Of a DNA stretch of 64,000 nucleotides, positions 13,669-23,770 are shown piece by piece. Within the stretch, counting starts at the first letter, position 1; each line of letters opens with the position of its first letter. Source of the stretch: Planctomycetota bacterium. Lineage in GTDB: Bacteria > Planctomycetota > JAJSAM01 > JAJVHW01. The DNA lies in the NCBI GenBank assembly GCA_965248445.1, contig CBDFJG010000004.1, positions 192,001-256,000 on the forward strand, in the 5' to 3' direction. Made by a program: the position numbers and the translations under genes. The notes beneath the pieces are model-generated. The model was not told the origin of the DNA. It did not search any database and saw nothing but the letters and a program-made list of their open reading frames with translations.

Positions 13669-14599
13669 GCGTGGTCTCGAGCACCTCGTGGATCAGGGCC
13701 TCGGCATCCCGTCCGTCGGTGCCGCGCACCTGCCTGGGCACCACCCGGTGCGCCAGGACGGACACCGCCACCCGCTTCACATCGTCCGGCACGCAGTAGT
13801 CGCGCCCGTCGAGCGCGGCGTTCGCCTGCGCGGTGCGTCGCAGAGCCAGACCCGCCCGGGGGCTGAGGCCGACCAGGAAGCGGCCGTCGTCCCGCGTCGC
13901 TGCGAGCAGGTCGAGGACATACTCCACGAGCGAATCGTCCATCCGGATCGCGAGCACGGCTTCCCTCGCCGCGCTCACCTCGTCCTCCGTCATGACGGAC
14001 TGCACGCTCGCGAGGAGGTCGGTCCCGGCATGATCAAGGAGCACGCGCCGTTCGGCGTCGCGGTCCGGGTACCCCATGCGGACGCGGAGAACGAAGCGAT
14101 CGAGCTGCGACTCGGGCAGTGGATACGTGCCCTCGAACTCGAGCGGATTCTGCGTCGCGATCACGAAGAACGGCTGCGGCAGCGTGTACGTCTCACCGTC
14201 CACGGTGACGCGTCCCTCCGCCATGCACTCGAGCAACGCGGATTGCGTGCGGGGACTCGTGCGGTTCAGTTCGTCTGCCAGGACGACGTGGCCGAAGATC
14301 GGTCCGCGCTGGAACACGAACTCGCCTCGTGCGCTGTCGTGCACGGACACGCCAAGGACGTCGGCCGGCAACAGGTCCGATGTGAACTGGATGCGGCGGA
14401 ACGAGAGGCCCACCGATTGTGCGAGCGCGCGCGCGAGCGTCGTCTTGCCCGTACCCGGCGCGTCCTCGATGAGGACGTGCCCGCCGGCGAGCAATCCGAT
14501 GGTCGCGAGCGTCACGGCGTCGCGCTTCCCGAAGATCACCCGCTCGACGCTCTCGATGATGCGCGGCAGCTTTGCCAGCGCGGAACCGGAGGCGGCCAT
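13655..14599 (-). CDS. moxR: MoxR family AAA+ ATPase
   Basis: HVLIEDAPGTGKT, RIQFTSDLLPADV, LADELNR, ATQNPLEFEGTYPLPESQLDRF; ATG 14599 follows a purine-rich RBS. Confidence 0.93.
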   Translation of the reverse strand: MAASGSALAKLPRIIESVERVIFGKRDAVTLATIGLLAGGHVLIEDAPGTGKTTLARALAQSVGLSFRRIQFTSDLLPADVLGVSVHDSARGEFVFQRGPIFGHVVLADELNRTSPRTQSALLECMAEGRVTVDGETYTLPQPFFVIATQNPLEFEGTYPLPESQLDRFVLRVRMGYPDRDAERRVLLDHAGTDLLASVQSVMTEDEVSAAREAVLAIRMDDSLVEYVLDLLAATRDDGRFLVGLSPRAGLALRRTAQANAALDGRDYCVPDDVKRVAVSVLAHRVVPRQVRGTDGRDAEALIHEVLETTRVPS

Positions 14600-14733
14600 C
14601 TCCCCTCCCTCCTCATCCGGACTGGCTGGCCCGGTAGTACCCGGGAGAGACGGGCAATGCGCACCCGCGGCTCCCTCTCTCCGCATCCTAGCAGTCCGTT
14701 GAAAACACGGCGGGCCACGATCTCGCAAGCGGG

Positions 14734-15681
14734 CTATTCGGGAACTACGCGCCTGCCGCTCTCGTATCGCTCGCGGAGCTTGACGTTGCCGGCGGTCGTG
14801 TACTCCACGTACTCCCCGTCCAGCTTGCCGCCTGCGTACCGCCCCTCGGCCTCGACCATCCCGGTCACGCTCCACCACGTCGCTTCCCCGTTGCGAGTGC
14901 CGTCGTGATAGGCGATGGACCAGGCCGGGTCGCCGGATTCGTGCCACCCGCGATTGACGCCCACCTCGCGGCCGGCGTCGAAGAACGACTCCTCGGCGAG
15001 GACGCCGTTCTCGTGGAAGCGGCGCAGCGGACCGTCCAGCTGTCCATTGACGAACGTGCGCGTCATCTTGACGACACCGTTCTCGTGCCACGCGGTCCAA
15101 GTGCCGTCCATCTCGCCCTCGGCGTAACCGCCGACGAACTTGTTGGAGCCGTCAGCGTTCCAGCCGGCCTCGCGCCCGTGCTTCTCGCCGTTCTTGTACT
15201 CCGCCTCCACGCGGCTCCCGCTCACGTACGTCTCGGTCCAGAGCCCGTTCCGCACTCCGTCGACGAAGTTGCCCTCGCGAAACACGGTTCCGTCGGGGTG
15301 GTACGAGATGAACACGCCGTTCTGCGCGTCGCCGACGGGTTGCGGTCCGCCGAGCGGCGCAAGGCGGCGGACGCGCGCTTCCTGGCGCTTGCGTTCCTCG
15401 CGCTGAACCCGCCGTAGTTCGGCCAATTCGGTGAGCTTGCGCACCGCCTCCGCCTGCGCTTCGCGGGCCGCGCCGACGCGCACGCGCTCGCGTGACGGTC
15501 GCTGCGCCGGCGCGTCGGTCCGGGGGACAGCCAGACCGTCCTCTGCCGTCGGCGCGACGGCGGAGCGATGCGTCTCCGGCCCCGGCTCCGACTCCGACTC
15601 CGGCCGCAGGACGACGAACGTCGCCGCCACTCCGCCCCCGACGAGCAGAAGGACTGCAACGAGAACGGCCGCCGCGCGCAT
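14734..15681 (-). CDS. MORN-variant repeat protein (YwqK-like) with N-terminal membrane anchor
   Basis: Tandem repeats such as YHPDG..REGNFVDG..NG and WHENG..FVNGQLDG; N-terminal hydrophobic helix. Confidence 0.85.
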   Translation of the reverse strand: MRAAAVLVAVLLLVGGGVAATFVVLRPESESEPGPETHRSAVAPTAEDGLAVPRTDAPAQRPSRERVRVGAAREAQAEAVRKLTELAELRRVQREERKRQEARVRRLAPLGGPQPVGDAQNGVFISYHPDGTVFREGNFVDGVRNGLWTETYVSGSRVEAEYKNGEKHGREAGWNADGSNKFVGGYAEGEMDGTWTAWHENGVVKMTRTFVNGQLDGPLRRFHENGVLAEESFFDAGREVGVNRGWHESGDPAWSIAYHDGTRNGEATWWSVTGMVEAEGRYAGGKLDGEYVEYTTAGNVKLRERYESGRRVVPE

Positions 15682-15726
15682 GCAAGTGAGGCTAGCGCAC
15701 GGCGGCCGTCGGGATGGAAGAGTGGT

Positions 15727-16746
15727 TTACTCGTCCTTCGGAGGCGTGGTGCCCTCGTCCTTGGTCGCGGCGCCGCCGGTGACGGGCACCTTGGCCTTCG
15801 CCTCGCCGACCGTCAGGGTCCGGTCCACGTCGAACGATCCGTTCTCCCCGCCCATCGCGGAGAGGTCGATCTTCGCGCGCAGCGCGATCTTCTCGTTCGT
15901 GGCGAACCCCGTCTTCCGCGAGAGCGTGCCCTCGAGCGTCACGCTCGGGTCGGTGATCGGGATCATCCCGTTCATCAGCCCGCCTTCGACCGAGCCGCCG
16001 CCCTTCGCCGTGTACGTGACCGCGTCAGCCGTGACCGTCGTCACCGTGTACTCGATGTCGAGGTCGAACTTGACGCCCTGGATGGACATCTTGCGCTTGC
16101 CCTTCCACGTCGACCCGACGGCGACGTCGTCGGACGGAAGCTGCGGGAAGACGTTCGACATCTCTTCGCGCAGGTCGGCGGCAGGATCGCCCTGCATCGC
16201 GGCCTGCGGATTCGCCTCGAGGATCTCGGCGGCGATTTCGTCAGCGCCCTTGACCTCGGTCACCTCTGCGGTCGGCGACAGCACGAGCGTCATCTTGCTG
16301 TCGATCAGCGGCGCCATCGACTCGGAGATCGAACCGGCAATGGGATGGTCCGCACCGAGACTCGGATCTGCGGAGTCGAAACTCCCGGGGGGACCGGCCT
16401 GCGGGATGTCCAGGTCGCCGTGAATGCGCTTGTAGACCATCTCGAGGTCTGTCGACTTCGCCTCCGTCTCGGCAGCCGACGTCGGCACGCCGACAACTGT
16501 CGCCGAGTACTGCGTGGTCACCGCGACCAGCGACGCCGACTCCTGACCGCCCATGTTGATGAGCGTCTTCATGTCCTCTTTCACCACGACGTCCAACTCG
16601 CGATTGAGTGGCATGTTGAGCGCCAGCTTGATCTTCTCGACGGCGGGCGGCGCAGCGGCGGGCGCGTCCTGTGCCAACGCCGGCGCGAACTGCACGCTCG
16701 CGAGGAGCACGGGAACCACCAAGAACAGACGCGAGAGAGTGCGCAT
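15727..16746 (-). CDS. Secreted protein, DUF6263-like
   Basis: Signal peptide ending ALA-Q; FDSADP and FPQLPSDDVAVGSTW motifs recalled for this family. Confidence 0.65.
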   Translation of the reverse strand: MRTLSRLFLVVPVLLASVQFAPALAQDAPAAAPPAVEKIKLALNMPLNRELDVVVKEDMKTLINMGGQESASLVAVTTQYSATVVGVPTSAAETEAKSTDLEMVYKRIHGDLDIPQAGPPGSFDSADPSLGADHPIAGSISESMAPLIDSKMTLVLSPTAEVTEVKGADEIAAEILEANPQAAMQGDPAADLREEMSNVFPQLPSDDVAVGSTWKGKRKMSIQGVKFDLDIEYTVTTVTADAVTYTAKGGGSVEGGLMNGMIPITDPSVTLEGTLSRKTGFATNEKIALRAKIDLSAMGGENGSFDVDRTLTVGEAKAKVPVTGGAATKDEGTTPPKDE

Positions 16747-16954
16747 TGAGAGCTCCAGAGAGAGGGAGTGAGGGGCAAGAGAAAGGAAGTGACGGGGCTG
16801 TGCGGACCGCCGAGTGCCGCGGCGAGCGGAGGGTCCGGCCGGAGGAACCGACGAATCTAACCGCCCTCGAACCCCCGGGTTCAGCTTCCAGGGAGCGTCG
16901 TCCATCGCTCGGCAGCTGGGTTCGGAGCGGCGAGAGTGGAGTCCGGAGGCCATC

Positions 16955-17884
16955 TTGATCGTCTCGTTCACCCCCAATCCCGCGCTCGACCTGACCCTCG
17001 AGGTCGAGGATGTCGAGATCGGCGGCGTCAACCGCACCGAGGCCTCCCACCTGGACCCGGGAGGCAAGGGCATCAACGTCTCCCGCGTCGTCCATCGCCT
17101 GGGTGGCGAGACCGTCGCGCTGGGTGTCCTGGGAGGGCACATCGGCAAGCTCGCCGAGCGGGCGCTGCGCAAGGAGGGTGTTCCCACGGAGATGGTCTGG
17201 ATACGCGCCGAGACACGCCTCAACGTGATCCTCCACGACACGCTGAGTGACGCCGGCACCCGCGTGTACGACAGGGGTCCGCCGGCAGGCGTCTCGGGCC
17301 TCGAACGCGTGGACGAGATGCTCGATCGCTGGCTGCCGCGCGCGGACGTGTTGGTCACGACCGGGTCGCTGCTCCCGGGCATGCCCGAGGATCTGCATCG
17401 CCGGATTCTCGCGCAGTCCAAGGATCACGGCACGCGCACGATCCTCGATAGCTCCGGCACCGTGCTGGCGGCCGCGCTGGACGCCGGCCCGGACCTCATC
17501 AAACCGAACGCACAAGAGGCCGGCGACATCCTGGGCCGCACACTCGACAGCGAGGACGACGTTCTCCGCGCGGCGGAGGAACTGCGAGCACGAGGCGCCG
17601 GCGCCGTCGTCATCTCGCGCGGGCGATACGGATCGATCCTCGCGTCCGACGAGGGACTGTTCCGCGCGGTCCCCCCCGGTGTCGAGCTCAACAGCACGGT
17701 GGGCTCCGGGGACTCGATGGTCGCCGCGCTGGCGCTCGCGATGGTGCGGGGCGAACCGCTCTCCGAGGGGCTCCGCCTCGGATCGGCGGCCGGCGCTGCC
17801 ACCGCGGCCTCGCGGGGCACGCAGCTGGGCACGGCCGAGGAGATCCGGGAGCTGCTGCCAGGCGTCGTGCTCGAAGAGATGTGA
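16955..17884 (+). CDS. 1-phosphofructokinase family (PfkB) carbohydrate kinase
   Basis: TPNPALD, PGGKGINVS, IKPN and STVGSGDS motifs; GGAGG RBS before TTG 16955. Confidence 0.92.
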   Translation: MIVSFTPNPALDLTLEVEDVEIGGVNRTEASHLDPGGKGINVSRVVHRLGGETVALGVLGGHIGKLAERALRKEGVPTEMVWIRAETRLNVILHDTLSDAGTRVYDRGPPAGVSGLERVDEMLDRWLPRADVLVTTGSLLPGMPEDLHRRILAQSKDHGTRTILDSSGTVLAAALDAGPDLIKPNAQEAGDILGRTLDSEDDVLRAAEELRARGAGAVVISRGRYGSILASDEGLFRAVPPGVELNSTVGSGDSMVAALALAMVRGEPLSEGLRLGSAAGAATAASRGTQLGTAEEIRELLPGVVLEEM

Positions 17885-17909
17885 TCCAAAGGCGCACCTC
17901 GTCCGTTTC

Positions 17910-19304
17910 ATGAGATTGAAGATGTCCCCGAGAAACCTGCACCCCCCGCTCGCCGTGTCGCTCACCCGGTCGCTCGCCGCCGCAGCGCTGCTGCTCGCGC
18001 CGGCGATCGGCCACGCACAGGACGACTCCCCCGAGGCGGTCCGCCGCCGCGCGCTCCGCCGGACTCCCGTTGTGGAAGCCGTCGAGAAGGCCGCTCCGTC
18101 GGTCGTCTCGATCGGGACGACACAACTCGTCCGCGTGCGCCGGTTCTGGGAGTGGGAGTTCCTCGTACAGGAGAGACCGGGAGCGCTCGGCTCCGGCGTG
18201 ATCGTGCACCCCGACGGTTACGTCATCACCAACGCGCACGTGATCAACCAGGCCGAGCAAATCGCCGTCAAACTCACGGGTCTGGGCGACGACGACACCG
18301 AGATCGCCGCCACGCTGATCGACGTCGACCTCGAGCACGATCTCGCGCTCATCAAGATGGACACTCCGGGTCCGTACCCTGCCGCCAGATTCGGGCGGAC
18401 AGACGACCTCATGGTCGGCGAGACGGTCATCGCGATGGGCAGTCCGTTCGGGCTCGGGCGAACGGTGACGACCGGCGTCGTCTCCGCGCTCAGCCGCGAC
18501 ATCCACATCCGTGACCAGCTGTTCGAGGGGATGATCCAGGCGGACGCGCTGGTGAACCAGGGGAACAGCGGCGGTGCGCTGCTCAACATCCTCGGCGAGT
18601 GGATCGGCGTGAACTCCGCGATCTACTCGCTCTCGGGTGGTTCGGACGGCATCAGCTTCGCCATCCCCATTGAGACGGCGCGAGCGTTCGTGGTACGCGC
18701 GATGCGGCCGCGCAACATCGCCAATCGCTGGCTCGGCCTCGAGTTCGGCGAGCACGCGAACGGCCGTGTGTTCGTCAGCAAGGTGTATCCCGTCGGCCCC
18801 GCGAACGGGAAGGGCGCGCACGAGGGTGCACTGGTGCTCGGTCCGGACGGCAAGCCGTTGACGGATCTGATTGCACTGACGTTCGCCGTCCTCGCTGCCG
18901 CAGACGAGGGAGCGTTCGAGTTCCGCGTGCGCGGAGACCGCGAGATTCGCACGGTGCGCATCCCGTTCACCCCGCTCCCGACGGAGAAGCTGTCCTGGCT
19001 GCGCGTCGGCGTACGCGTCGCGGAAGTCACACCCAAAATCACCGAGAAGACCAACTTCCGCGAGGGTGCAGGCGTCATGGTCCTGGACGTCCGCAAAGAC
19101 GGCCCCGCGCAGCGCGTCGGTGTGCGCCCGGGAGACCTCCTCATCGGCATCGGCGGGACGCCGATCCGGTCGCTGGAGCACGTCCTCGTGACCCTCCAGG
19201 GGGCCGGCGCGGGCGACCTGCTCGACGTCCGCATGATCCGCCGCAATCAGACCCGCTTCGGGGTGAGTTTCGAGCCCTGGAAGGCCACGCTGGCGGCAGA
19301 CTGA
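17910..19304 (+). CDS. HtrA/DegQ-like trypsin serine protease with PDZ domains
   Basis: Catalytic triad TNAHV, DLALIK, NQGNSGG; signal peptide; C-terminal PDZ (GPAQRVGVRPGD). Start may be 17910 or 17922. Confidence 0.92.
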   Translation: MRLKMSPRNLHPPLAVSLTRSLAAAALLLAPAIGHAQDDSPEAVRRRALRRTPVVEAVEKAAPSVVSIGTTQLVRVRRFWEWEFLVQERPGALGSGVIVHPDGYVITNAHVINQAEQIAVKLTGLGDDDTEIAATLIDVDLEHDLALIKMDTPGPYPAARFGRTDDLMVGETVIAMGSPFGLGRTVTTGVVSALSRDIHIRDQLFEGMIQADALVNQGNSGGALLNILGEWIGVNSAIYSLSGGSDGISFAIPIETARAFVVRAMRPRNIANRWLGLEFGEHANGRVFVSKVYPVGPANGKGAHEGALVLGPDGKPLTDLIALTFAVLAAADEGAFEFRVRGDREIRTVRIPFTPLPTEKLSWLRVGVRVAEVTPKITEKTNFREGAGVMVLDVRKDGPAQRVGVRPGDLLIGIGGTPIRSLEHVLVTLQGAGAGDLLDVRMIRRNQTRFGVSFEPWKATLAAD

Positions 19305-19358
19305 AGCTCGGGCTCATGCGAGGCTGGGCGGAATCCCGAAGGAATCGTCGGATCCGTC

Positions 19359-19775
19359 ATGTCGAACTCCCAGAACGCTGCAGGCCAGGACCAGCGTGTG
19401 GAACCCAGTTCCGCACCCGGCGTGATCGACTGGAATAGCCTGCGTGAACTGGCGGCCGCCTTCGGTCCGGCCGCGCCTGAACAGATCGCCGAGTGCATCG
19501 GACTGTTTCGGGACAGCGCCTCGGATCTGCTCCGCCAGGTTGCCAACGCACTCGACGGCCCGGACGTCGCCAACGCGGCGGCTCCCGCGCACGCGCTGAT
19601 CGGATCGGCAGGGATGCTCGGCGCAAGGCGCCTGGCGACGGCAGCGAGACACATCCAGGTGGCGGCGCAGAACACCGCTCCGGTCGTCGAGCTGCGCCTC
19701 TTGCTGTGTCGCGCCGCAGCCGAGCTTGCCTACGTCGAGGACGCCCTCGACCACCTGCCCCCCGACCTACGCTAG
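19359..19775 (+). CDS. Stand-alone Hpt (histidine phosphotransfer) domain protein
   Basis: AHALIGSAGMLGARRL matches the Hpt consensus AHxLKGSaxxlGAxxL. Confidence 0.8.
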   Translation: MSNSQNAAGQDQRVEPSSAPGVIDWNSLRELAAAFGPAAPEQIAECIGLFRDSASDLLRQVANALDGPDVANAAAPAHALIGSAGMLGARRLATAARHIQVAAQNTAPVVELRLLLCRAAAELAYVEDALDHLPPDLR

Positions 19776-19870
19776 CGCGGCCGGCCTCATGCTGTCCCGC
19801 TGCGGGACGGTGCCGGCTCGCCCGCATGCAGACCGATTCCCGAAACGCGGGAACCGATAGCCTCCGCGCG

Positions 19871-20248
19871 ATGAGCGGACTCGACACACCCTTCGATCGC
19901 GTGGTCGCCACCGTTCGGCCCGGCACGCGGCTGCGCACGCCGGACGACCGGACAGGCAGGCCGTTCATCGTCGACGTCGTGGATGGCGAGGGCGTGCTGG
20001 TCAAGACGTACAGCGGCGGGCGCGTGAGAATCGGCCTGTTCACGTTCGACACCGCGGTCAAGTACCTCGATGACATGGGCGTGCGCGGCGAAAAGTGGAT
20101 GCCCGTGAAGGACGACCTCTTCCAGGCGATCCTCAACTCGGAGAACGACCGCGTGCGCGCATCCTCGTACGTGGTCGCGATCCTCGGCGCCGCGGGGGTG
20201 ATCGACGTCGACGGCAGCCGGCCGAACCGAGTCCGGATCGCCGGGTGA
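19871..20248 (+). CDS. Hypothetical protein
   Basis: Coding-like composition from MSGLDTPF; stop overlaps the next GTG start (GTGA). Alternative start at 19826. Confidence 0.7.
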   Translation: MSGLDTPFDRVVATVRPGTRLRTPDDRTGRPFIVDVVDGEGVLVKTYSGGRVRIGLFTFDTAVKYLDDMGVRGEKWMPVKDDLFQAILNSENDRVRASSYVVAILGAAGVIDVDGSRPNRVRIAG

Positions 20249-21615
20249 AGACCGCCGCGGCCGCGTTGCTCCTGCTTCTCGGCGCTTGCAGCTCGCAGGC
20301 CGAGGACGGCGGCGCGCTGGTGCTCCGGCACGTTGTCACACCCGACGCGAGGCTCCGCGCCAGCGACGTACATGTGACCTTCGACGGGCGGCAGCCGAGT
20401 ACGTTGCGACTCGCGCGAAAGGCGACGGGCGCCGCACTGACCGACCTGCGCGCGCAGCCCGGCGACAGGCCGCTCGCCCTCGACGACGGACGGATCGCGC
20501 TCGAACCCGGCGTCTCCGGCATCACCTACCGCGTGCTCCACGACTTGGTCCCTGACACACGACCGCGAGCCGTGCTGTTGGGCGACGACGCCGTCGCCAT
20601 CGAGGCAGACCTGCTGCTCGTGCGTGCCGATGGCGGCGCCGACGTGACCGTGTCGTTCGCGCCGCCGGAGGGTGTCGCGGTCGCGAGTCCGCTCGGAGAA
20701 GGCGACGGAACGGGCAGCATACGCGTGCCACGCTCGGCATTCTCATCAGTCTGCTACGTCACGTTCAGTCACCGCCCGGTGCAGCGGTTCCAGCGCGCAG
20801 GAGTCCAAATCGACGTCACCCGGCTGCGCGACACGGCGCTGACGGACGCCGACGTCGAACGGTGGATCGGAGACGCTGTCGAGCAGGTCGTCGGAGCGTT
20901 CGGGCGCCTGCGGTCGTCGCGACTGCTCGTGATCCTCTCCCCCACGACCGGCGGCGGTGAGCCGCGCTTCGGCGTCGCGTACCACGGCGGCGGCGAGACG
21001 CTGCTGCTCCACATCGGCGAAAAGACCAACGCCGCGGACGTGCTGGACGACTGGATCGGGCAACACGAGTCCGTGCACACCGGCGTGCCGAAGTTCCGCA
21101 AGGAGGACGCCTGGTTGTCCGAGGGCCTCGCGACGTACTATCAGGCCGTGTTGCGCGCACGGAGCGGCCACCTGAGCGAGGCGGACGCATGGTGGGAACT
21201 CGTGGACGGCTTCCGCCGGGGTGGATCCAAAGCGGGGAGTCACACGCTTGCGAACGAGAGCGCGGAGATGGGCCGGCGGCACGCGTACTGGCGCGTGTAC
21301 TGGTCGGGCGCCGCCATCGCGCTCCTCTGGGACGTCGAACTCCGTCGCGAGCACGGGCGGACGCTCGATCAGGCGCTGTCCGCGTTGAACGATGCGCCCG
21401 GCGCAGACGGCTCGCTCGCAGCGCGAGACGCGCTCGAGTTCATGGACGCCTGGCTCGGTGAACCACTGTTCAGCCGCATCGCCGACGCGCACCTCGAGTC
21501 GACCGCGTTCCCGGAGGTGAGCGACACGCTGACCCACCTCGGCGCGCGCCTCGACGGTGTGGACGACGCGGCGCCGGGCGCCTCGATTCGCCGCGCCATC
21601 GGCAGCAGCCGGTGA
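20245..21615 (+). CDS. Gluzincin metallopeptidase (M61-like) lipoprotein
   Basis: Lipobox LGAC; HESVH (HExxH) followed by WLSEGLATYY; downstream YWSGAAIALLWD. Confidence 0.82.
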   Translation: MKTAAAALLLLLGACSSQAEDGGALVLRHVVTPDARLRASDVHVTFDGRQPSTLRLARKATGAALTDLRAQPGDRPLALDDGRIALEPGVSGITYRVLHDLVPDTRPRAVLLGDDAVAIEADLLLVRADGGADVTVSFAPPEGVAVASPLGEGDGTGSIRVPRSAFSSVCYVTFSHRPVQRFQRAGVQIDVTRLRDTALTDADVERWIGDAVEQVVGAFGRLRSSRLLVILSPTTGGGEPRFGVAYHGGGETLLLHIGEKTNAADVLDDWIGQHESVHTGVPKFRKEDAWLSEGLATYYQAVLRARSGHLSEADAWWELVDGFRRGGSKAGSHTLANESAEMGRRHAYWRVYWSGAAIALLWDVELRREHGRTLDQALSALNDAPGADGSLAARDALEFMDAWLGEPLFSRIADAHLESTAFPEVSDTLTHLGARLDGVDDAAPGASIRRAIGSSR

Positions 21616-21905
21616 CCGGCATCGCGGTTTTTCTTGCCACGGCCACGCGCTGAACGTCACCCTTGCGGCGGAGGGCGAGGCGCGTTCTGCGCCTCCGACT
21701 CAGACGAATGATCATCCTCGGGACACCCTGCGACCCCACGTCCGTCGTCGTCATGACGCCGACAGACGGCTCGGGTCGCCGGCGGATTCCCGCGTTCGCG
21801 TATGCGTGGGACCGCTGCCAGGCGGCCACCCAGTCGCGGGCCCTCTAGCAAACCTGCTAGACGCCCGACGCACGCCAGCGACGCTCTCTCTGCTCCGAGG
21901 ATGAC

Positions 21906-23770
21906 ATGGCCCGTACCCCAAAATACGAACCGGCCCCCCAATCCGAACCGGCCTCCGGATCCGAACCGGCCCCGACGACCACCACCGATCCCGCACGAGT
22001 CCGGGTGAAGTCACGCGAGACGCTCGCGCGCCTGTTCCGGCGGTTCCTCCCTGTGCTCCCATGGTCACTCGGCGTGTTCGGCGTGTTGACGCTGCGCGCG
22101 ACGTTCGAGATTCTCATGCCGCTGCTGATGGGCGGAGCCCTCGACAGCATCGCCCCGGCAGTCGCCGGCGCACCCCGCCGCCTGCCCGAAGAGTTCGTGT
22201 TCCTGCTCATGCTGCTGGGCGCGTGCATGGTGCTGCGCGCCGCGTGCGCGTTCTGGGCAATGGTCGCGCAACAGAGTCTCGGACAGGAGCTCGAGAACCG
22301 GTTCCGTACGGAGCTGTTCGTGAAGGTCACGCATCTTCACTTCCGCTACCACGACGCCAACCGGAGCGGGAAGACGATCGCGCGGAGCCTCCGCGACATG
22401 GAGAAGGCCAAGCGGTTCTTCCGCGAGGTCGGCTTCGGGTACGCGGAGCTATTCCTCATCGCCGTCGGATCGCTGATGGCGTCGTTCGCCGTCCACTGGA
22501 CCTACGGCCTCGCGCTGGCCACGGTGATGACGATTGCGATCTCGAGTTCCGCGAAGTTCGGGCAGGAGATCGCCCAGCGGGATCGCGTGGTCAGCGATCA
22601 CTACGACGACGTGACGACGGTCCTTCAGGAGAACGTCGCGGGCGCCCGCGTGGTACGCGCGTTCGGCCGGGAGCCGGAGGAGGTCGGGAAGTTCGGGGGC
22701 ACGCTCCGCACCATGACCACGGGCTGGCGCGGGCTGGCTCGGTACTGGACGTCCCGCATGCCCGGAGTCGGCGGCATCTACCACCTGACGTCGTCGATCG
22801 TCCTGCTGATCGGCGCGCACCGCATCTCGAACGGCGCGGGATCGTTCGGCGAGGTCGCCGGCGTTCTGTTCCTCGTGAGCCTGCTCCGCCGCCGGATGCG
22901 GATCCTCACGCGGCTGATCATCCTCGGCCAGGAAGCGGTCGCCAGCGCCACGCGCGTGTTCGAGGTGCTGGACCACGAAGAGGAGGTGACCGCGCCTGCG
23001 AGTCCGACGCCGCTGCCCGACGGGAGCGGCGAGCTGCGGATCGAGGGCGTGCACTTCGCACACCGCCAGGACGTGCCGATCCTGCGCGGCCTGGATCTCG
23101 TCGTCCCGGCCGGCACGTCCCTCGGCATCCTCGGTCCCACCGGGAGCGGCAAGAGCACCCTCGCGGCTCTGCTGCCCCGTTACTACACCCTGTCGAGGGG
23201 CGCATCCTCCTCGACGGCGTGGACATCCGCGACGTGGATCCAGCCGACCTCCGCAAGGCGGTCGGCCTGGTCTTCCAGGAGGCGTTCCTGTTCTCGGCGA
23301 CCGTGCGCGACAACATCGCGTACGGGCGGCCGGACGCGTCTCTCGAGGACGTCGTCGAGGCGGCGCGGCTCGCCGCGGCGCACGACTTCATCGAAGCACT
23401 GCCCGATGGCTATATGACGATGGTCGGAGAGCGCGGCGTGAGTCTCTCGGGCGGGCAGCGACAGCGTCTGACGATCGCGAGGGCGCTCGCCATGCATCCG
23501 CGCGTCCTTCTGTTCGACGACGCGACGGCGGCCGTGGACGCCGTGACGGAGAAGCGGCTGTTCGAGGGCATCCGGGCCGCGGCGCGCGGACGGACTGCGC
23601 TCGTCATCAGCCAGCGCGTCACGTCGGTGCGCTGGTGCGACCGAATAGCCGTCATCGAGGACGGCCGCGTCACTGCGATCGGCACGCACGGCGAGTTGCT
23701 CGAGACGAGTTCGCTGTACCGCGAGATCTCCCACCACCAGGCGCTCGTGCGCACCGGAGGTGCGTCGTGA
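21906..23770 (+). pseudogene. ABC exporter (TMD+NBD), heterodimer subunit 1, interrupted by a single-base frameshift
   Basis: TMD and Walker A GPTGSGKS lie in ORF 21906-23417; LSGGQ and LLFDD lie in ORF 22061-23770. The junction reads tactac-accc at 23181-23190, where one added G restores RYYDP. May be a sequencing error. Confidence 0.8.

Noticed and set aside
14734..15681. YwqK-type antitoxin of a toxin-antitoxin pair
   Set aside because: Only generic MORN-variant repeats are present and no toxin gene is adjacent.
16869..16882. Palindrome GAACCC-CC-GGGTTC as a LexA box
   Set aside because: Spacing is GAAC-N6-GTTC rather than N4, and the flanking genes are not SOS genes.
23181..23195. Programmed ribosomal frameshift in the ABC gene
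   Set aside because: No slippery sequence; a missing base in a conserved Asp codon explains it more simply.
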